From: Chrysomallon squamiferum
Taxonomy: Eukaryota; Animalia; Mollusca
Assembly (NCBI GenBank): GCA_012295275.1
Contig: CM022671.1
Coordinates: forward strand, 3,038,001 to 3,102,000
DNA: 64,000 bases
Direction: 5' to 3'
Made by a program: the position numbers and the translations under genes. This document shows positions 27,289-40,100 of this stretch, piece after piece; the first letter of the stretch is position 1, and each line of letters starts with the position of its first letter. Under the pieces are notes generated by a model. That model searched no databases and was not told the DNA's origin. It saw nothing but the letters and a program-made list of their open reading frames with translations.

Positions 27289-28344
27289 GAGGCTGTAATG
27301 TGATTCTGAATTGCAAATGATTAACTGTTTTGTTAGAATGTTTGTCTTAGTTATTTCTGTTTAATATAACTGAGTATTTCTGTTTAATATAACTCACTTG
27401 TATGATTAATATACATAAAATAAGTTAACTATTTAAAAACCTTCAATTAAAATTTTACTGGAGTTTCGTAAACAAGTATCGAGTTTTATTGATTTATTTT
27501 CAAATAAATAATTATTCTTATACCTTTATATATATTTTTTCGCTACCCTGCTGAAAGATCCGATAATAAATTATATACTGACTCAGAAAATATTCATCAT
27601 TTAGTTCTGAAGTTGATGCCAAATTCATATTTAAGTCTTGTATAATTATTTTTTATTAGATTATATCCGAACTGAGTGCTTGGTCTCCTTCTCAAACTGA
27701 CAAGAGAAGTGTGAGAAAAAGTTAGTCCATGCATCTCTTGGTATTTCTGCATATCCATTTGTTTTAGTTTTTAACACTGATATATACAGAAATCTATTTT
27801 ATGATTATTATTTACTGCCAAGGATCTCTTTTGGGTACCGCTGGCACGTAATCGATAAATCGTAATTTACGTCAATATTTGTCATTTATCCTTTTTTCGT
27901 TATTCAGAGCATAATGATTTAAAATAAATCTGATGATAAATACAACAATAAATAATAACAGTAAGTCACCCAGTACAAACTTCCTTCTTCACTCTTTTCT
28001 TCAGTTTGACATTTGCTTCAGAAAATCCGCTCCTTTCAAATTATTGTAGACAGATTAGTAGACAGATTTTTGACATACCCATTTGTTTGATTATGCGACA
28101 TCATTTTTGCTTAAATTTGATCATTGTATAAACCTTCTTTTTGTCATTTTTCTTATATACTCTTTTTTTTATTTTTATAATCCACTTGAAATAATAATCT
28201 AAATATTTCTTTGTAGGTTATTAATATTATTGAAGAAAACATCAGTTAGTAATTGTGGATAAGGGTAATGTTATCATATCTCTTGGATACAAGCATGGAC
28301 TGCTAAATTAGAAGAGGGATCCTGTTGTAACAAAATCAATAGTT

Positions 28345-30200
28345 ATGACATCAACTGACTTGAGACAACCAGGAAAACCACAGGATGCAGATACTGGCTG
28401 TGACTATATATCTCTCTGCTGGGATAAACCACAAGACGATGAGGAGATCAGTTATTATGAAATCAAAATGAAGCTTGTTTCTGAAACAGCATGGTCAAAA
28501 ATTCCACACATTACTAATAACAATTCTACTTGTACGACAATATCTGATCTTGCAAAGGACACTGCATATGAGTTCAAAGTTCGAGCACACTTTGAAGAAG
28601 AGGCTGGTCCCTTTAGTGAGAATAGTGATCTTATTGTAACGAAATCAGTAATTACAACATCACCTGACTTGAGAAAACCAGGAAAACCACAGGATGCAGA
28701 TACTGGCTGTGACTATATATCTCTCTGCTGGGATAAACCACAAGACGACGAGGAGATAGGTTATTATGAAATAAAAATGAAGCTCGTTTCTGAAACAGCA
28801 TGGTCAAAAATTCCACACATTACTAATAACAATTCTACTTGTACGACAATATCTGATCTTGCAAAGGACACTGCATATGAGTTCAAAGTTCGAGCACACT
28901 TTGAAGAAGAGGCTGGTCCCTTTAGTGAGAATAGTGATCTTATTGTAACGAAATCAGTAATTACAACATCACCTGACTTGAGAAAACCAGGAAAACCAGT
29001 GGAAACAGATATTGGCTGTGACTATATATCTCTCTGCTGGGATAAACCACAAGACGACGAGGAGATAGGTTATTATGAAATAAAAATGAAGCTCGTTTCT
29101 GAAACAGCATGGTCAAAAATTCCACACATTACTAATAACAATTCTACTTGTACGACAATATCTGATCTTGCAAAGGACACTGCATATGAGTTCAAAGTTC
29201 GAGCACACTTTGAAGAAGAGGCTGGTCCCTTTAGTGAGAATAGTGATCTTATTGTAACGAAATCAGTAATTACAACATCACCTGACTTGAGAAAACCAGG
29301 AAAACCAGTGGAAACAGATATTGGCTGTGACTATATATCTCTCTGCTGGGATAAACCACAAGACGACGAGGAGATAGGTTATTATGAAATAAAAATGAAG
29401 CTCGTTTCTGAAACAGCATGGTCAAAAATTCCACACATTACTAATAACAATTCTACTTGTACGACAATATCTGATCTTGCAAAGGACACTGCATATGAGT
29501 TCAAAGTTCGAGCACACTTTGAAGAAGAGGCAGGTCCCTTTAGTGAGAATAGTGATCCTATTGTAACGAAATCAGTAATTACAACATCACCTGACTTGAG
29601 AAAAACAGGAAAACCAGTGGATACAGATATTGGCTGTGACTATATATCTCTCTGCTGGGATAAACCACAAGACGACGAGGAGATAGGTTATTATGAAATC
29701 AAAATGAAGCTTGTTTCTGAAACAGCATGGTCAAAAATTCCACACATTACAGATGACAATTCTACTTGTAAGACAATAACTGGTCTTGCAAAGGACACTG
29801 CATATCAGTTCAAAGTTCGAGCACACTTTGGAGAAGACGAAGGTCCCTTTAGTGAGAATAGTGATCCTATTGTAACGAAATCAGTAATTACAACATCAAC
29901 TGACTTGAGAAAAACAGGAAAACCAGTGGATACAGATATTGGCTGTGACTATATATCTCTCTGCTGGGATAAACCACAAGACGACGAGGAGATAGGTTAT
30001 TATGAAATCAAAATGAAGTTTGTTTCTGAAAGAGCATGGTCAAAACGTCCACTCTTTACAGATGACAGCTCTACTTGTAAGACAATAACTGGTCTTACAA
30101 AGGATACTGCATATGAGTTCAAAGTTCGAGCACACTTTGAAGAAGAGGCAGGTGCCTTCAGTGAGAAGAGCGAATGTATCACGACCAAATCGTCAGGAAC
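28345..30200 (+). repeat. Coding tandem repeat, 6 x 309 bp
   Basis: Units 3 and 4 differ at only 2 nt; units 4 and 5 at 14 nt. Confidence 0.97.
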
Positions 30201-30253
30201 CACAGAATCAAAAGATAAATTTGGAAAGCCAACAGCAAAGGAAACTGGAGAAG
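28345..30253 (+). CDS. GTPase gene exon 1: six tandem 103-aa FN3 repeats
   Basis: Open frame; 309-bp period (GAC at 28357, 28666, 28975, 29284, 29593, 29902); GTAAGT donor at 30254. Confidence 0.92.
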
Positions 30254-30587
30254 GTAAGTAAATATAGTGTTCCCATCACATCTATAGATGACAGACATCA
30301 ACCATGAGTTTGACTACGTCAACAAAGCATCTACAACACAGAGTGTGTCCATAAAGGAAGAACAAGGTAATTTAAGCCAGTTATTAAATAACTTTGAATG
30401 ATAGCATGATATACTTGTAGAGAGAGAGTTGCTCTGAGGAATATTTGTAGTTCTCATAGTGGACCCATTAAGCTATCTACAAACAAAAACATTCTCCCAC
30501 AGTTTGTCAGATAAACGCCATCATACGCAAAGAATAGAAAACTTCCCTTTCAGATTTTGGTGATTTCATTTTTCTTCTTCTTCTTCA

Positions 30588-30637
<50 letters not shown>

Positions 30638-30819
30638 CAGATTATTGTTCTAACAAAAAAAAAATCTGTGTCAAATTTGTTATCAAAATCATGTTTGAAA
30701 TCTAGAAGGCTAAATGGTAATGTCTTCCTACGGATTAAGCTCTGTCACTTTTGATGATACAGTTTCATGTAGTGTTTATTTATAATTGCTGAAAACCATC
30801 CTCTTTATGTACATACGTA

Positions 30820-30858
<39 letters not shown>

Positions 30859-31881
30859 AGACAGACAAACATACATCTAGACACAGACATAAGAACTACA
30901 TTGTTGCTATTTCAAGAGTTATCTTTTATTAGTTGTATTACTGTTAATTAATTATATGTTTTAAAATAAAACACTTCCATTTATATTGTTAAGAAGATAA
31001 AAAGATTTTAATTATTATTATTATTATTATTTTTATTTTTTTTATTTTTTTTTACATATCTATTTCATATAATGGACAGTACAATTGATTTCCATTTACC
31101 ACATAAATTTATTTCTAATTCTTTACTGATAATTCTAATGCTATAAAGACCTTAAATACTTTTCTGTTAAGGTAGATATATATTTTTTTTAATGTAGAGA
31201 AGGGGAGAAACAGACACTCATACATTTAATTGTATTATCTGTGTAGGAAAAACATCAACCAAGCCTGGTAAACCCAAATATACCGATATTGGAAGTGATT
31301 TCATTTGTCTTTCGTGGGAAAAGCCAGAAAGTAAAAATGTGGTTTACTATGAAGTTAAGTATAAATCTCTAAAAGAATCTCTTTGGAAGAAAGATTGTAT
31401 ATTAACCATGGATGACAAGCCTATTGTTCATATTGGCGGATTATTTCAAGAAGAAAAATATGTGTTCAAAGTAAGGGCACAGTTTGAAAACAGTGACGGA
31501 GAATTCAGCGATGAGAGTTTCCCTATTCAGACAAAATCATCTCTGTCAACGCATCTTTTACCTTTCTGTACAAAACTTGAAGATGGAGAACCATCAATCT
31601 ACAAACTTCCACTGAATGAAAATAAAGCATCTAGAAATGATAAGTACAAAACACGAAAATGCGAATTTGGTAAGAAAGAAAATAAATTGCTTTAGTCCAT
31701 TTATCTTAAAATAATTTTACAATTTTAATGAAAAACTTGCACTTGTATTTGTATGTTATAGCAACAAAGTTACTAATAAACGTTATAAGAATTATATAAA
31801 AAAAATTACAAAGCAGAAATGAAAATGTTTGCAAAATATTTATATTAGGTTCTTTGTTTTATTTTTTTTTTTGGGGGGGTA

Positions 31882-31929
<48 letters not shown>

Positions 31930-32064
31930 TTTATTTATTATTTTTTTTTTTTTTAATTCATTGATCATTATATTGGAAAAATATAAACTGTTTATAATAT
32001 CGTGTTTAATTAGATGGAATATTAAAAAAAAACATTCAAAATTAGATAAATAATTTTTCTGATA

Positions 32065-32145
<81 letters not shown>

Positions 32146-34154
32146 GTCGCACTTTGAATTCTGTACATCCATTTCATTTTCTTAGGCGTATCACATAAAA
32201 ACATTTGACTTTCTTTTTATTTTGTTCAACTATTGTATTTTTTTTATTGATGTTGCAGTTATTAATATTTCAATATTTTTTTAAGGGTCTTCATCAAAAA
32301 ACACATTTGAAGAGAAGACAATCCTGATGGTTGGAGAAACAGGATCAGGAAAAAGTACTTTGATTGATAGGATGGTCAATCATCTTTTTGATGTCAAGTG
32401 GGAAGACCACTTCAGATTCAAAATCATCGACTTAATGCCCGATGAAGAAGAAAATAAAAGAAAAAAGAGTATGTATTCTATCTCCCAAATCTTAAAATTC
32501 TGTTTTCAGAAAAGTTCAAATAAATGAAAAAATAATTTTTTTCATTTTCTATTTAACTTTCATTCTGTTTTGAAGTAGGACAGACTGTTGCCTTCTAATT
32601 TGGTTTTTCAAATATTAAACATTCAACACTTGATTATTGAAAAACCAGCTAATTATTTTGCAATTTATTCTGATTTAAAAATATTCTTTATTATTAAATT
32701 ATTATGAAATTCAAAATTATATATATATTATTATTATTATTATTATTTTATTATTATTATTATTTTATTATTCATTATTTTGTTTTTATTTATACTCAAA
32801 AAATTTATTTCTCTAATCTCTTTCACATTATGAATAAGTTTGTTTTGATAAGGTATTTTTCTTATAGGCTGATACACAAACAGACTGGATCACCAGTTAT
32901 AAAATACATCCAAAAAACAGTACCCTCAGATATGTTTTAAATGTCATTGATACACCAGGCTTCGGGGATATAAGAGGAATTGAAAGAGACCAACAACTAG
33001 TAGAACAAATAAAACATTTTTTTACAACAAAAGGTGAGCAAGGTATAGAAACAGTAGATGCTATTGGTTTTGTCACACGAGCATCTCAACCACGATTGAC
33101 CCAGACTCAGAAGTACATTTTTGATTCAATCACATCAATATTTGGCAAAAATATGGTAGACAATATTGTGCCTATGATTACATTTGCAGATGGTAAAAAG
33201 CCACCAGTACTGAGTGTACTGTCACTGGCAAACATCCCATGCGACAAGTATTTTGTCTTCAACAATTCTTCACTTTTTGAGTCTAAAACAGAACAAAACA
33301 GTTTATCAAAAGAGTTTTGGGACAGGGGATCCTCAAGTTATACTGGTTTTTTCAAGTTTATTTTGACTCTGACAACACAAAGTTTGCAAGTGACAGCAAA
33401 AATACAGAAAATGAGGAGTGAAATGAAACAAATCATGCAGAATCTCTTGCCACACGTAGACAGAGGTTTAGAAAACCTTGCTATTATGACAAAAGAAAGG
33501 AAATTTGTAGAACAATTTGAAAGGGAAATAAATGATAACAAACATTTTGAATACACGGTCATAGAAATACATTCTGAGAAGATTCCACTGAAGTCAGGAG
33601 ACTATGTTACGAACTGCCGCCACTGTCAAATGACATGTCATTATCCTTGTTACATTCCACTCACAAGAGACAAAGATCATTGTTGGGCTATGAACTCTAA
33701 TGGTACTTGTCATGAGTGTCCTGCACATTGTCATTGGACCGTGCATGAAAGTAGTGATTATCGCTTAGAATATAAAGACGTTGTGGTGAAGAAAACATAT
33801 GAAGATATGAAAACGAAATATAAAGTTGCAAAGAAGCAGAAAATATCAAAACAAATTGTTGTTGATTCAATTAAAAAAATATTTGATGAGGAGAAGGATA
33901 AAGTCTGTAAACTGTTAAAACGTTTGAGAGAATGTACAAATTTCTTACGAGAAAATGCTATGAAAGCAAATCCACTGACTGAAGTGGAATACATTGATAT
34001 GTTGATTGAAACTGAGAAACAAGACAAAAAACCTGGTTTTAATGAACGCATTAAAATGATGAACATGTTAAAAAAACAGGCTGAACTGGTTGAGAAATCA
34101 ATAAAAACTGATGACATGGATGAATTACTGAAATATCTGGGTTTTACAGAATAA
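28345..34154 (+). CDS. Multi-FN3 (7x) septin/AIG1-like TRAFAC GTPase with Cys/His-cluster helical stalk, ~1266 aa, 4 coding exons
   Basis: Exons 28345-30253, 31247-31669, 32286-32468 and 32868-34154 with GT-AG sites. FN3 signatures (W..P, Y.I, L...T.Y.F.VRA). G1 GETGSGKS, G3 DTPG, G4-like TFAD. Confidence 0.9.
31247..31669 (+). CDS. GTPase gene exon 2: divergent seventh FN3 plus linker
   Basis: 423 nt, phase 1-1; KPGKPKYTDIGSDFICLSWEKP...YVFKVRAQF...PSIYKLPL...KCEFG. Confidence 0.9.
32067..32143. repeat. (CT)n microsatellite in GTPase gene intron 2
   Basis: Direct observation. Confidence 0.98.
32286..32468 (+). CDS. GTPase gene exon 3: P-loop
   Basis: EKTILMVGETGSGKSTLIDRMVNHLFDVKWEDHFRFKII; GTATGT donor at 32469. 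Confidence 0.9.
32868..34154 (+). CDS. GTPase gene exon 4: G2-G4, helical stalk, Cys/His cluster, stop
   Basis: ADTQTDWITSY...VIDTPGFGDIRGIERD...RLTQTQKYIFDSITSIFGK...TFADG...FNNS, in frame with ORF 33096-34154. Confidence 0.92.
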   Translation, partial: ADTQTDWITSYKIHPKNSTLRYVLNVIDTPGFGDIRGIERDQQLVEQIKHFFTTKGEQGIETVDAIGFVTRASQPRLTQTQKYIFDSITSIFGKNMVDNIVPMITFADGKKPPVLSVLSLANIPCDKYFVFNNSSLFESKTEQNSLSKEFWDRGSSSYTGFFKFILTLTTQSLQVTAKIQKMRSEMKQIMQNLLPHVDRGLENLAIMTKERKFVEQFEREINDNKHFEYTVIEIHSEKIPLKSGDYVTNCRHCQMTCHYPCYIPLTRDKDHCWAMNSNGTCHECPAHCHWTVHESSDYRLEYKDVVVKKTYEDMKTKYKVAKKQKISKQIVVDSIKKIFDEEKDKVCKLLKRLRECTNFLRENAMKANPLTEVEYIDMLIETEKQDKKPGFNERIKMMNMLKKQAELVEKSIKTDDMDELLKYLGFTE

Positions 34155-37100
34155 TTTTATAAAAACATAATGTACGTGTTAAATATGATTTTAATAACAA
34201 ATCTGTCAGTGATATCTTATAAACATCAAAATGTTGAAGATTTGCCTGTGGCCACATAAAACTCAACATCTTTTTAAATTGGTCAGTGACATTTAAATTT
34301 CTGAAAAACATCAAGAAAATATTACCTTGGTCAAAGAAAAGTAGCATTTTCCTTATTTACATATAGTGTTGCTCAGTTACATAAAATAACAGATTCAAAT
34401 TTTATAATATGGTCACCATTTAAATACTAGTAATTAATTTCTCAGATGAATATCCCAATGTTTAGGTAATTACTGCTTTTTCGCGTCACTTTCTTTATAT
34501 CGAAATACAGAAACTGCTTTCATTAAAATGGGTCATGTCTCTCTGCAATTGAAACTGATTTAGATGTTAAAAGAAAACGTGTCACACAAGCTGCAATAAA
34601 ACGTCAGACATTTATTATCTATAGGAAAAACCAAGCATGGAGTAAAGATCATTCATTCCAAGATAGATGAACCTATGGATGCAAACATTTGAAATATAAA
34701 TAATGTTTGATTATTATTTCTCATGTTTTTTTCATGATGATGAAACAAGTATGATTTAATGTTAAACTTCATGCTGAGTTTAATTATTTTTATATTATTG
34801 GATATAGAAACTACTTGAACTTGACAGACAGAAATTTTCCTATCTTAGTTTTTCTACATCATTTATTTGTTTTGATTTGTTCAAATATTTTTGTTATCTT
34901 AGTAATTTTCTGCATTGTTTTCTTTTTACTTAATTTGTTTCAATATTTTTCTTTTCTAACAGTAATTTTGTACATTATAGTCTCATTTTTCTTAAATTAT
35001 CTTGGGGAAAATATTTTTTTTCTAAATATATATATTTTTATTCTTGGTTTTTTTTTTTTTTTTTTTGTTTGATTTGTATTAATGTGTATATTTCTCTTAT
35101 TTTAACATTAATTTTCTATTTTGTACTTGATTTGTGTGGATACATATTTTTCATTTTTAAGAGTAATTTTCTAATTAGTATTTTGTTCTCTATTATTATG
35201 CATTTTTCTTAAATTATCTTGTACTTCATTAGCTTATATATATATATATATATATATATTAAATATTTTATTATTATTATTTTATTTTATTATTTTGTAT
35301 TTGATTTGTATTTTTGCATATTTTTCTTATCTAACTACTAATTTTCAACAGTATAATTTTCTGTTTGCTTGGTGCATACCCATTTGTTTTATTATAAAAC
35401 ACCAGTTGATGCAGCAGGTTACACAACAATTATGTCAAACATTTGTTTTTTTATTAATTGTACATCTGTATATATAGAAACCATCTGAACTTACCTGAGT
35501 TAACACTGCATTGGAAGAGAGAATGCAGCTTATGTATAACTAATAATGTTAGCTGTTAATTAGGGATCAATATAAACATTGGATATATATTTCTAAAAGC
35601 AACTTATGTAGACAAAAAATATCTTATGAAAATAAGATGGTCAGTGAAAAACTTTTAAAATGTGGTGTCCATTTTTAACAATCACTAAATAATTAACAAA
35701 TGTTTTAAAATAATAATAATAATAATAAATTCACCAGAACCTTACCAAGTGATAAATGTTTAGGTGTTTCAATAAACGTAGCAATTCAAAGATCTTTTAT
35801 TCTGTTTATCATTAAGTCAAAGCAATGTCATTACTTGCTGTCATCCACTTTAAACATATTTATTCTTATATAAAATACTAATCTGTCAAATCTATCTACT
35901 AGATGATTAAAGTAATGGTAGTTTTGTTTTGTAGTTTAAGTGATTATTGTCTTTGCAGTAAATAGCTTAACAGTAGAATCAGTCAACTAGAGTGGGTGTT
36001 TTTCACGTTGTATCCCATGAAATCATCTAATTTAACAACCACATTATTTTTTCATTTTTTATTTTTGAAATTTTATTTTATTGGATAATTCTAAACAAAC
36101 AGCTTTTTAATTCATGGGATTCACAAATTTAATCTCTGTTTACATTTAATATTTTCCAAACTATATTGTTATTAGTAATTTATATATTTGTCTCTTTCAT
36201 TGCTGCTTGTTTTTGTTTTTTTTGTTGGGTTTTGTTTTGTGGTGGGGGTTTTTCATAAATTTGCTGTGGTGCTTTGATTTCTATATCAAGCTTTGGTAAC
36301 AAAGTTCAGTAAACAGATGGTTTACTTAATGTTTTATCTGAAACTGGAATTCAACAATCAGTCAGTTAAGGAGTGTTAATTGTTTGCTTTATTATATATA
36401 TTGGTATCAACTGCAGAGTTTTTTTCAGATATACACAACATTTACTTACTTATAATTTTGTTAGTGTCAGGATGCCTTTAGTGGGCTGACTTTACAAATT
36501 TAAACAGCTGTTTAACAGACTAAATAGTGTAAACTAAAACAAAAAGTAAAGACAACAATATTTGCTGTGAAAGGAAAAAAAAGAAAAAAGCTTGTTCTTG
36601 ACTGTTTGATCTGTTAGAAAATTGAGAAATTATTAAACTGCATGGAAGCTGTAAAGTATATGAAAAATGTGATGGTCAGTTTCACAGTAAAGCCATCAGC
36701 CTTGATATTTATTATTATTATTTTTTTTTAAATTGTGTTTAATATTTTATAATTACTTTTACAGGATGAAAAAGGTCACAAGAAGTATTAACTTGACATT
36801 GAGAATATAACTTTTTGATAAAAATTATTTCTGTTTTCTTCAAATTTTTGAAAAAGAGAAAAAGTTAAAAATTATCCTATGCATATTTGTTAAATATCTA
36901 ATAGCCTAACAAAATAAAATGAAACAATTTAAAAACAAAAATTTGATACTATGTTTTTTAATATTGTGACTAGTTTTTATACAATTTAAAGAGTGCATAA
37001 ATCTGATAATTGTCTATAACGTCAATATGTGGTGTGTGAAAAATAAAGATAGTTTTCATCAACACAGTCATCTCTTTTGTTTTGTTTAAATGTTTTTTGT

Positions 37101-40100
37101 TTGACACAAACTAACAGACGGTATCATTGTTTATTTATTACCAGCATGTTAAAGGAAAAAAAAAAAGAAGAAAATTATGTTAGATTAACAACTGGATTTT
37201 TAAGTAAACACTGATTTTGATTTCCATCAAAGTGTAATTATAAACCAAATTTCCTAATTAATTTTTAATACTTGACAACAGTTACTTGAATAAAATGGAA
37301 AGAAGAGACTGAACATATCAATATGAAGAGGTTAAACACTTTTACAGTTAGTTATGTATACATTATTTTAGCAAGTGATTCAATAGGACTTGTGTTTCTG
37401 AAAAATCACTTAATATTTTAATGAGCTGATAAAAATAATAAACATTATGATAAAAAATATATATGTAAGAAAAACTAAGGCATATAGTAAGATATCAAGA
37501 AGAGAAAAAACAAAATTTTAGTAAAATCACTAACTAAGAAATATAACTCTACTTTAATTCTTAAGTAGATTTTTGTTTCCATGACTAATTAGATGCTTTC
37601 AAGACTATAATTTAAATTTTTCAGGTTTTTTTAAGCAAAACATGATTAAAGTATATGTTATTATGGTAACAGAGACATGATTTGACTGCATATTAATAAA
37701 TGCAGCTTGTTTCAAAATACATTTTTTAAATATTGTTATAGCATATTCAGAATTTCATAATGTAAAATACATGTATATATATATTTTTTATTATTATTTT
37801 TTTTTTTTTTTAAATTCCAGTTTAGGTCATTTAAAATATAAATTACATACTGCATGCTAGGTGAAATTATTCCTTTGAAATTAACTATGTTTAACAAAGT
37901 GATAAAATGATAATTAAATAATAAATATTATTTCTCTTGAGGCTTCCAAAGGAATTGACTATTTCATGATCTAAGGGGAATAACTCCTTTTAAAAGTTGG
38001 AGAAAGACTGAATCATAACATCTTAAAAAAAACATATATATATATATATATATATATAGTGTCCTTTTATATTTATTTCATTCACAAATGTTTTCTGTAT
38101 TATTTCAGAATTTTATATAAATAAAAGAAAACAAAAGAAAAGAAAATAGGAAAAGAAACTTACTGGTGTAAGGGAAATAATTATAAAATGTGGGAATTCT
38201 TCTTACTGCTAGAATTACTGCTTTAAAACATTTTCGTCTATTATATTCAGTTAAGTAACTGAAAATCGTTACCTTAAAGTAAAACAAACTGAAATATAAT
38301 TTTTTTTTTTTTTTTTTTTTCTTGCTGAATGACATTTACTTTAGATTTGTATTTCCCTTCCAATGTAGGTTAGTTTTTCTTTATATTCTTTTTATTTTAT
38401 TATTTTTATTTAATAAACATTTATTTATTCATTTATAAATTCTTCATTAGAAAAAAAATAATCTTTCAAATAGCTATTCAGATACTTCCTTATTTTATTA
38501 TATTAAAAATATGTGGTGTCTTAATTTAAATAAATTAAAATACAATGCATAAAAATATACATTAACAAAGGAAGATTTCAGTGTTGATGACGCAACAAAA
38601 TAAAGTTAAATTCATTTTTATTATGTGTTACCTTAGCACAGCTTCCTTTCCTTAGCTAAAAGATAAATCTCTATGATGACTCAGTCTTTCCAATACAGTA
38701 AATTATAGTCATTCACATTAGGCCGTAAATTCTATTTATTTATTTATTTATCCATGGAGGTGTAGAAAAATAATATATTTTATTTGATTTATTTATTTAT
38801 GATAAAATAAATGTTTAAATAATTATTTGGAATTATTAAAATTATGAGGCGTAAACTTTTCTATAAAATTAATATTAATGGCTCAATGGGACTCAGTCTT
38901 TCTATTATTTTAATCAGAGTTATTCCCCTTATTCGATAATTACTTTTTATTTATTTATTTATTTATTATGGTTTTTTTTTTTAATGTAATATTTATTTAT
39001 GATAGATAAAAAATATGTTTAAATAGTTATCAGGATTTTTCCTTCCATTAAAAGTATGAGGCGTAAGAAAATTAAAATAAAATATAAATTTAAACAAAAA
39101 GACACAAACAATTTGTTGTAGCCGACATTAAGCAATGAAAGTTAATGAAATTTAGTTTAAAGAAAATCGTGGGTTATTGCCATCGTATGTAGGATATTAC
39201 AACTGTGTGCTAAAACCTGATTTTTATCTATTAATTTTTAAAACAAAATGAATAGCTTACTGAGCAACTCAATCTTTCAATTAATTTAATTAGAGTTGTT
39301 CCCCTTGGACCGTAAAATCAATAACAACAACAACACCATCGAAAAAGTACATTAGTTGTTATTTTAAATAGGTTTCCCAATAATTTAGTTGGGTATATTT
39401 TCTTTTGTGTAATTACAAATGCATTTTTGAAATTATTTATTTATTTGTACTGTTTGTTGTTGTGTTATTTATCTAGTGGATGAGAATAGGATTATACCAT
39501 CATGTAATAATTTACTCTCTAAAGTTGAATTTATTGATCCCTGAATTACCTAGGCGGTAGTATTAACTAGCTTCTTAGGTAATGGCATGGGACTTGTTTT
39601 TTCGTGTGTCGTATCCAAATCTCTTTTGTTGATGATGTCATCTCTATTGCCGATCTCAGTTAGAGATATGTCTCTGATTACGGCGATCAGCTTATGATTC
39701 TGTATATGGTCTCTTCAGAACTACACGTCACATATGAGATCAGTGCAGATTTCGTCAGTGAGCTGCTTCTTGTTTCAGTTGCAGTCAGGATTACTTTACA
39801 GCTCTCCATTGTTACTTTCAGCTGCAGAACTCTTAAATATTTCAGTGTTCCTCAGTTTCCTGTAACATCTTTTGTGCTCTTTTCATATTACAGATTAAAC
39901 ACCAACTTCCTCTCACTATATTTTTCTGATTTAGGGAAAAAAAGGTAACACCCAAAGGAAGGAGAACCATTGATGATTGTGATGTCTGTGTTTGGTGCAT
40001 TTATGAATGAGATCTCAACTTTCAGCTGATTCTTCGTCTCTGATGCCTATTACTCTTGAATAGATATGGTTGTGTCAGACATGTTTGTTTCATCAACGTT

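Noticed and set aside
28345-30261. Calling the FN3 ORF titin/twitchin or a receptor phosphatase fragment
   Set aside because: There are no Ig, kinase, signal or TM segments, and phase-compatible splicing leads into GTPase exons.
33338-34117. Minus-strand ORFs over the GTPase exon (also 30000-30203, 61881-62213, 63129-63368)
   Set aside because: They are antisense shadows of real plus-strand coding sequence.
35494-35540. Isolated minus-strand exon-like segment ending in CAG|GTAAGT
   Set aside because: No partner exons or recognisable peptide; may be a chance match.
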